Part shown: positions 59,088 through 64,000 of the stretch, in pieces | Layout of the letters: each line of letters starts with the position of its first letter | Position numbering within the stretch: the first letter of the stretch is position 1 | Virus record (IMG/VR): IMGVR_UViG_3300021963_000095 | Direction: 5' to 3' (one strand) | From: an uncultured virus (IMG/VR IMGVR_UViG_3300021963_000095) | Lineage: Duplodnaviria; Heunggongvirae; Uroviricota; Caudoviricetes | DNA length: 64,000 bases | Made by a program: the position numbers and the translations under genes | Notes under the pieces: generated by a model | Databases searched by the model: none | The model's input: the letters and a program-made list of their open reading frames with translations, nothing else | What the model was told of the DNA's origin: nothing

Positions 59088-59541
59088 TTGACTTTTTCAT
59101 ATCTTTCAATAATTTTTGCAATTCTGTAGTGCTACCGACAAAAAGCGCATTAGTAACATTCTTAGGAGAATTTTCATTTTCACTCATTTGTTCTAACTCT
59201 TTCATACCTTTTTGTAATTTTAATAATTCACCAGTAACATCCGATACTGCTTTAATTAACTGACCAGCAACTTCATAACTTCTAGCACTTTCAGATTCTT
59301 TTGCTAAATTTAAAATTCCCTCAATTGCTTCATTGCCTTTATTAATCAATTGTTTAAAATTATCTCTCGCCTGTTCGTAATCATCTTTAGCATCATCACC
59401 AGATGATATTGCAGAAGGAGTTGAACTAGTAGTAAGAACTACTTCAGATGCCACTTCTGGTTTTTGTGTTTTAACTTCTTTTATCATTCCATCTGATATA
59501 TCAAGAATTTCATTCATCTTATCAAAAAATTTTTCACCCAT
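59071..59541 (-). CDS. 16: terminase small subunit (gp16)
   Basis: DYEQAR, RSYEVAGQLIK, NALFVGSTTELQK. Confidence 0.9.
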   Translation of the reverse strand: MGEKFFDKMNEILDISDGMIKEVKTQKPEVASEVVLTTSSTPSAISSGDDAKDDYEQARDNFKQLINKGNEAIEGILNLAKESESARSYEVAGQLIKAVSDVTGELLKLQKGMKELEQMSENENSPKNVTNALFVGSTTELQKLLKDMKKSNDQTN

Positions 59542-59542
59542 T

Positions 59543-60301
59543 TTAATACTCCGTTATAGTCTCCGTAAATCCAAAATCATCATCTGCGTCTGAAGTAGTT
59601 GGGTCAGGTTGAACCACATAAGTTTGATATTCTTTCTCACTATCGATATCAAGTGTGTTTGCAGTAACCTTCTTAATAATGCCTTGACTATTAACTTTAC
59701 CATAAAAATTAAGTTTCATAGTAAAAGTTAATGTCCAAATAATACTTCGTCTTGCGGCATATTCACCTTCATAATCATCTTCATATGAGATATTATTCAA
59801 AATAATTGGTATATCATCTTTAATTCCCATTTCAGGAACGACATTTGATGTTACTGTATATGCTGGAGTAAAAAATGGTAAAAGTTGTTCTACAATTTGT
59901 AAACCATCTTCTTGAGTTTTAACAAGAACAAATAAACTAATATCTAGATTATATGGAACAGCATTGTAAACTTTTTTCATTGTGCTTGGATTGTCCGGGT
60001 CTGTCACCTTAGTAAGATTGAAAGTGTTCATCTTTCTTGTAGCATCATAAGTTAATCCTTGCATTTCAAAACCCATACGAGGTAAAGTGATTGCAACAGA
60101 TGTTGGGTCTGCTTCTGGATTATTTTCTAAAACACGAACTAAAAATTTTTGTTTTGGACCATATGCTAAAGGAACTTTTTCAATAGCAACAACGGTTCCT
60201 TGTGAATTTTTTCTTTTAATATAAACATCATTGAAAAGAGAACCAAAAGCAACAATTGCTTTTCGAATATGTTCGTGATAAAAATAATTTAATGTAGACA
60301 T
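59543..60301 (-). CDS. 15: tail sheath stabiliser/terminator (gp15)
   Basis: FGSLFN, VPLAYGPKQK, LPRMGFE, QIVEQLLPFF. Confidence 0.92.
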   Translation of the reverse strand: MSTLNYFYHEHIRKAIVAFGSLFNDVYIKRKNSQGTVVAIEKVPLAYGPKQKFLVRVLENNPEADPTSVAITLPRMGFEMQGLTYDATRKMNTFNLTKVTDPDNPSTMKKVYNAVPYNLDISLFVLVKTQEDGLQIVEQLLPFFTPAYTVTSNVVPEMGIKDDIPIILNNISYEDDYEGEYAARRSIIWTLTFTMKLNFYGKVNSQGIIKKVTANTLDIDSEKEYQTYVVQPDPTTSDADDDFGFTETITEY

Positions 60302-61089
60302 TATCTAGCTCCTAAATCACCAAATGGATTTTTAACTGTAAAGTCAAGAATTTGTTCTGCCGCTCGTAAGAAGTCTGTATTTTGAGCAATTGGTTCAATA
60401 GTTCCTGTTGCATCAGACATTAGTTCATCTCCAAGATTAAATGATTCAAGAATAAATGAATCACCATTTTCTTGACGAAGAATATCTCCTGATTCTAAAA
60501 TAATTTGGTAGTCAAAAATATTTCTTGATGGAGAATCTGCTGGAAGAACAGCATCGATAGCATTAACGCCGGTGTTGATGCTGTCTCCAGAATTGTGAAC
60601 ATATAATTCTACATCTAAGCGATAAGTGTAAAGTTTATGTGCTTGATAGAAAACATCTTTTGTTTCTACAAATTTAATTTCAAATAAAGCATTAGTTAAT
60701 GGAAAGAAAATTAAATCACCTTCCGCAGGTCTTCTTCCTTTTGTTACACTTTTTTGATGAACACCAACTTCAGTTTGCCATCTTGATTTTAAAACAACAA
60801 GACTTGCTGTGTTGCGAATATCAAGACCAAACTTTGTCATTAAGTCGCCTTCACCTTCATATCCTGTAACTTGATTAAAATACATTTCAATTGGATATGC
60901 AAATTCAAATTTAGAGTATTCATCTTCTCCAAGAATTTCATCTACATTGACCATTTCTCTAGGCATATAATACACTTCATGGCCGTAAATTTTTACTGCC
61001 TCTGTGTATAAACTTTCAATGAGATTTTGTTCTAGTGCAATACCAGAACTTAGACCACCGCCCGAAGAAAAATAAGGATTCAATGCCAT
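60301..61089 (-). CDS. 14: neck protein (gp14)
   Basis: EQNLIE, YMPRE, KFGL, RPAEGDLIFFP, NPFG. Confidence 0.92.
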   Translation of the reverse strand: MALNPYFSSGGGLSSGIALEQNLIESLYTEAVKIYGHEVYYMPREMVNVDEILGEDEYSKFEFAYPIEMYFNQVTGYEGEGDLMTKFGLDIRNTASLVVLKSRWQTEVGVHQKSVTKGRRPAEGDLIFFPLTNALFEIKFVETKDVFYQAHKLYTYRLDVELYVHNSGDSINTGVNAIDAVLPADSPSRNIFDYQIILESGDILRQENGDSFILESFNLGDELMSDATGTIEPIAQNTDFLRAAEQILDFTVKNPFGDLGAR

Positions 61090-61090
61090 T

Positions 61091-62035
61091 TTAACCTACC
61101 ATGAAGTCTACTGGTAACTCAAATCGATTTTGCATTTCCTCTTCTATTTTTTTACATTCCTCGTCTGCTTGTTGATAAATGTCGCTACCATTTAGTGTGA
61201 CACCGCCAGGCATTGTAATGCCTACAAATTTACTTAAATTTGCGCCCCATTGTCTTTTAATTAATGCAGTTAGATAACGCTTTAAAAACATATCGTTATA
61301 TAATTGTGGAGCATCTGCTGGATTTAAAATTTTATATGCTTCAACCATAATATACTCATCTGGTCTTGCTATGTCATTCCAATCAATATCTAAGTATAAT
61401 TTGTCTGTGTTTCTATTATAACGAAATAGCATATCACTAGTTAATTGAAAATCAATCAATGCCAATTGCTTTTGAACCATATCATAATAAAGAATATTTG
61501 AATTTGTCATATCAAAAACAGAATTCATTCTAAATTGATATTGAAAACTAAAAATATCGTTTTGTGTAGTTTCAGAAAAATTGAAAATTTTAACAATACC
61601 AATAATGCTATCATTAACTGGAATATATTTGTTTGATATGTCTCCGAGAGTAATGGCAGAGATAGTTGATGTTACTGCACCATTAGAAACTACATCGTTA
61701 ACTGCAAATGTTCCAAAGTCTCTAACAATTCTAATTGTGGTTGCTGTTGGAACATCATAGACAACACCATACACATCATTTTGAGCAGTAGTTTTGTAAA
61801 CTATATTTCCTGCTGTAAATGAGTGGGGTGCGTTAAATGTAATTGTAGTGGCCGTTATTTTATGCTTTAAAAGAACTCGCTCAACACCATCGTAGTGATA
61901 TTCTTGATAAAATTGTAATGCTTCATCAATTCTATCTTCTACTTGGTCTTCGCTCACATTAATGTCAATAACGCCTTTTCCAAGGCGTCTTAAACAATAT
62001 TCTTTTAGCGTGGCTCTAGTGGTAGGATTCGCCAT
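61091..62035 (-). CDS. 13: neck protein (gp13)
   Basis: YCLRRLG...INV...Q.EDRIDEA, QWGANLSKF, PGGVTLNG. Confidence 0.92.
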   Translation of the reverse strand: MANPTTRATLKEYCLRRLGKGVIDINVSEDQVEDRIDEALQFYQEYHYDGVERVLLKHKITATTITFNAPHSFTAGNIVYKTTAQNDVYGVVYDVPTATTIRIVRDFGTFAVNDVVSNGAVTSTISAITLGDISNKYIPVNDSIIGIVKIFNFSETTQNDIFSFQYQFRMNSVFDMTNSNILYYDMVQKQLALIDFQLTSDMLFRYNRNTDKLYLDIDWNDIARPDEYIMVEAYKILNPADAPQLYNDMFLKRYLTALIKRQWGANLSKFVGITMPGGVTLNGSDIYQQADEECKKIEEEMQNRFELPVDFMVG

Positions 62036-62041
62036 TTGAAA

Positions 62042-62079
62042 TCTCCGAAATATTTTCTACTATTTATATATTTCGGAGA
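62042..62079 (-). promoter_or_regulatory. late promoter TATAAATA inside a 12-bp SD-sequestering inverted repeat
   Basis: tctccgaaatat (62042-53) / atatttcggaga (62068-79); TATAAATA at 62061-62068. Confidence 0.75.
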
Positions 62080-62091
62080 AGGTTGATTTTT

Positions 62092-62484
62092 TTAGATTTT
62101 TAACTTCACCATGATTTTACCGTGTTCGAGAGAATTTGCTTCCATTGCAACTGCTACTACATCGGCAACACCTGCGCCATTGTTTGCTGATAGTTTTCCG
62201 TATGAATCATTTAAAACCAATAAATCACCTTTTGATACAGACCCACGAACAAGAGCAAAACATTTTCCCACCATAGCAATGTATGGTGATGTTGTTCTAT
62301 CTAAAGCATAGACAATACCAACTACTCTAGCCCTTTCGGTAGATGCAGAACCTTGAGTTGCAATAATCTCATAAGCGCCGCTAGTGGTGCAACGAACAAC
62401 TGTTCCCTCTTCTAATAAAAGTGCTGGGTCTACCGTAAATCTTTCTGCAAAATCTGAAATGTCACGCTTAATTGTTCTTGCCAT
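62092..62484 (-). CDS. hypothetical virion/fibre-associated protein
   Basis: DFAERF, GTVV, IAMVG...V.G.VSKGDLLV pattern seen at tail-fibre C-termini. Confidence 0.55.
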   Translation of the reverse strand: MARTIKRDISDFAERFTVDPALLLEEGTVVRCTTSGAYEIIATQGSASTERARVVGIVYALDRTTSPYIAMVGKCFALVRGSVSKGDLLVLNDSYGKLSANNGAGVADVVAVAMEANSLEHGKIMVKLKI

Positions 62485-62493
62485 TTTACTTCC

Positions 62494-62901
62494 TTAAATT
62501 GTTTGTTCGTTTTCTAAATGTCTTTCTGACAATCTAAAATCTTTAACTACTGGATGGACAATACCCATCTTAATCAATTCAGGAACATTAGAACCACAAG
62601 GAATACAATCTGGTGCTAAAATTTCACCATCTATATCTCTTAATGCATGAATACAAAACGCAATCGTATTGTCTTCAAGTGCTTCTAATTCATGTAACTG
62701 CTCAGCTTTAATAAAAATATGTTTTGGTGCTTCAAAAACACTTTCCTGATTATCAATTATAATTTTTAATTTTCCAGATGTTAATAAGGTAATGTGGTCA
62801 AATTGATGAGAATGCCCAACCTCAATATCACCTTTTTTAAAAATCATCATTCTAGAAAAAATATTTCCAGCACTTGCAATTTCAACATTTGGATAACTCA
62901 T
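62494..62901 (-). CDS. cupin-domain protein
   Basis: GHSHQFDHITLLTSG and HELEALED cupin motifs. Confidence 0.75.
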   Translation of the reverse strand: MSYPNVEIASAGNIFSRMMIFKKGDIEVGHSHQFDHITLLTSGKLKIIIDNQESVFEAPKHIFIKAEQLHELEALEDNTIAFCIHALRDIDGEILAPDCIPCGSNVPELIKMGIVHPVVKDFRLSERHLENEQTI

Positions 62902-62919
62902 AATGTTCCTAAAATAATA

Positions 62920-63576
62920 TTAACCTACTTGTGAAGAATCATTTCCTGGAGTAGAGTTAACCGACCCGCTCATTAAAGCGACTTCTTCAATATATTGCTC
63001 AACAGTCTTATAAAAATCTGCTGGTGTTTGTGGAACTTTTTTCATGATTGCTTCTGATTCAATTAATGGGTGAGTGTTAAGAGGTTTAGGAAAGGCAGTT
63101 TTAACTGCTTGTCTAATCTTTTGAACACAATCTTTTAGATGAGGTTTACCTTCAACCAACCATTCCCATAATGCTCTTGTCAATAAAGATTCTGGAGGAT
63201 AGCACATTTGTCTTTTTGCAATATATTCTTCTTGCAACAAATAATCTTGAACCGCTGGTCGATGAGCCATTAATTCTTCTTCGGTAGGTTTAGGATTTCT
63301 ATTTCCTTCTTCCCAAGATAGGGTTGAATAGTCGTTTCCGGTCATAGTCCACTTTTCTCCAGGATACATTACCTGTAGAACAGTTGAATAATTATCTGCA
63401 CTTCTGTGCTTACCGTAAAATTTAAAATATGAATCCAATTCAATAGAGTTAACCAATAACCCTAAACGGCGCTTGGTTTCAAACTCTTCTACTTGAGCTT
63501 CAATTTTTGCCAATTCCTGAGCCGAATACTCATATGTGGGAATTGTAACTGTTAATTCTGGTGATGATTCTGGCAT
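62920..63576 (-). CDS. hypothetical protein, possible tail-fibre assembly factor
   Basis: YP...W...Y..L.W....PKPTEEEL...R...YP...VKTAFPKP pattern; preceded by a late promoter. Confidence 0.55.
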   Translation of the reverse strand: MPESSPELTVTIPTYEYSAQELAKIEAQVEEFETKRRLGLLVNSIELDSYFKFYGKHRSADNYSTVLQVMYPGEKWTMTGNDYSTLSWEEGNRNPKPTEEELMAHRPAVQDYLLQEEYIAKRQMCYPPESLLTRALWEWLVEGKPHLKDCVQKIRQAVKTAFPKPLNTHPLIESEAIMKKVPQTPADFYKTVEQYIEEVALMSGSVNSTPGNDSSQVG

Positions 63577-63610
63577 CGTTTTTCTCCGTGTTGAGTAATT
63601 CTATGAATAC

Positions 63611-63618
63611 TATTTATA
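63611..63618 (-). promoter_or_regulatory. T4-type late promoter
   Basis: TATAAATA upstream of 62920..63576. Confidence 0.75.
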
Positions 63619-63629
63619 AAAAATTTTCG

Positions 63630-64000
63630 TTAAGATTTATTTACAGAAATTTCTTTAATAACCATAAATCCGCTATAACAACCTACCGCAAATTGTGTTG
63701 AAGAACTATTATTTGTTCTAAACTGTAACTGAAAAACTTGTAAATTTTTATTTAAAGGCTTATGGTTATGGGTCATTCTTATTGAATGCCTAGCATTTTG
63801 AACATATTGAGTACCAACTGTTCTCCAACCATCGTTAACATGAATATGGACCCTATGGTAATCGTGGTGGTCGTGTTGGCGGTAGATATTAGTGTGGGGT
63901 TGAGTTTGCCAATTATCTCCCTGAGTGTATCCACCAAACATATTGGTTTGAATATGTTCTTCTCGACCATTGATTAAAAGTCGAACTTCATAAGCAATAT
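63630..64000 (-). CDS. 3' end of a probable tail-fibre/structural gene (truncated by the window edge)
   Basis: Frame stays open to the window edge (IAYEVRLLINGREEHIQTNMFGG...); ends MVIKEIS. Confidence 0.55.
   Translation of the reverse strand, partial: IAYEVRLLINGREEHIQTNMFGGYTQGDNWQTQPHTNIYRQHDHHDYHRVHIHVNDGWRTVGTQYVQNARHSIRMTHNHKPLNKNLQVFQLQFRTNNSSSTQFAVGCYSGFMVIKEISVNKS

Noticed and set aside
45..63977. All plus-strand ORFs in the track (e.g. 1056..1562, 27491..27844, 37139..37552, 41831..42208)
   Set aside because: They lie antisense to well-supported minus-strand genes, have Phe/Ser/Leu-rich shadow composition and show no motifs.
1..64000. Cyanophage identity
   Set aside because: Gene order is similar, but no photosynthesis or carbon genes (psbA, hli, talC) are in the window, and the GH19, spanin, IbpA-type Hsp20 and phasin-like genes fit a heterotrophic proteobacterial host better. 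The host remains unproven.
1..64000. Alternative genetic code or stop-codon reassignment
   Set aside because: Core genes translate full length in the standard code and gene packing is tight.

Overview
A 64-kb, AT-rich segment of a T4-like myovirus genome. Every credible gene is on the minus strand. In transcription order (right to left) it carries: the end of a tail-fibre region; the neck/tail/head module (gp13-14-15-16-17-18-19-20-67-21-22-23, gp3); uvsY-uvsW; late sigma gp55; a flavin-dependent halogenase; gp47/46; a six-gene enzyme cluster that looks like a DNA hypermodification pathway (JmjC oxygenase, GNAT-like/AspH fusion, PLP enzyme, 2OG-Fe(II) oxygenase, unknown, SPPY-type SAM transferase); GIY-YIG; a VWA-peptidase/MoxR pair; gp45-44-62-regA; a structured RNA leader before a phasin-like gene and hsp20; gp43; a second SPPY transferase; uvsX-40-41; a block of probably head-packaged, protease-processed multi-module proteins; GH19 endolysin; primase; thyX; an embedded Rz/Rz1 spanin pair; nrdA/nrdB; nucleases; and dCMP deaminase. 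Spanins, IbpA-like Hsp20 and the phasin-like gene suggest a Gram-negative, probably proteobacterial host (inference). Non-coding signals include sigma70-type promoters, three of them preceded by a TGTTG-N8-CAAC(A/G) palindrome, TATAAATA late promoters, terminators and two predicted H-type pseudoknots. GATC appears to be avoided. No tRNA, rRNA or CRISPR array was seen. All protein calls come from motif recognition by eye, not database searches.
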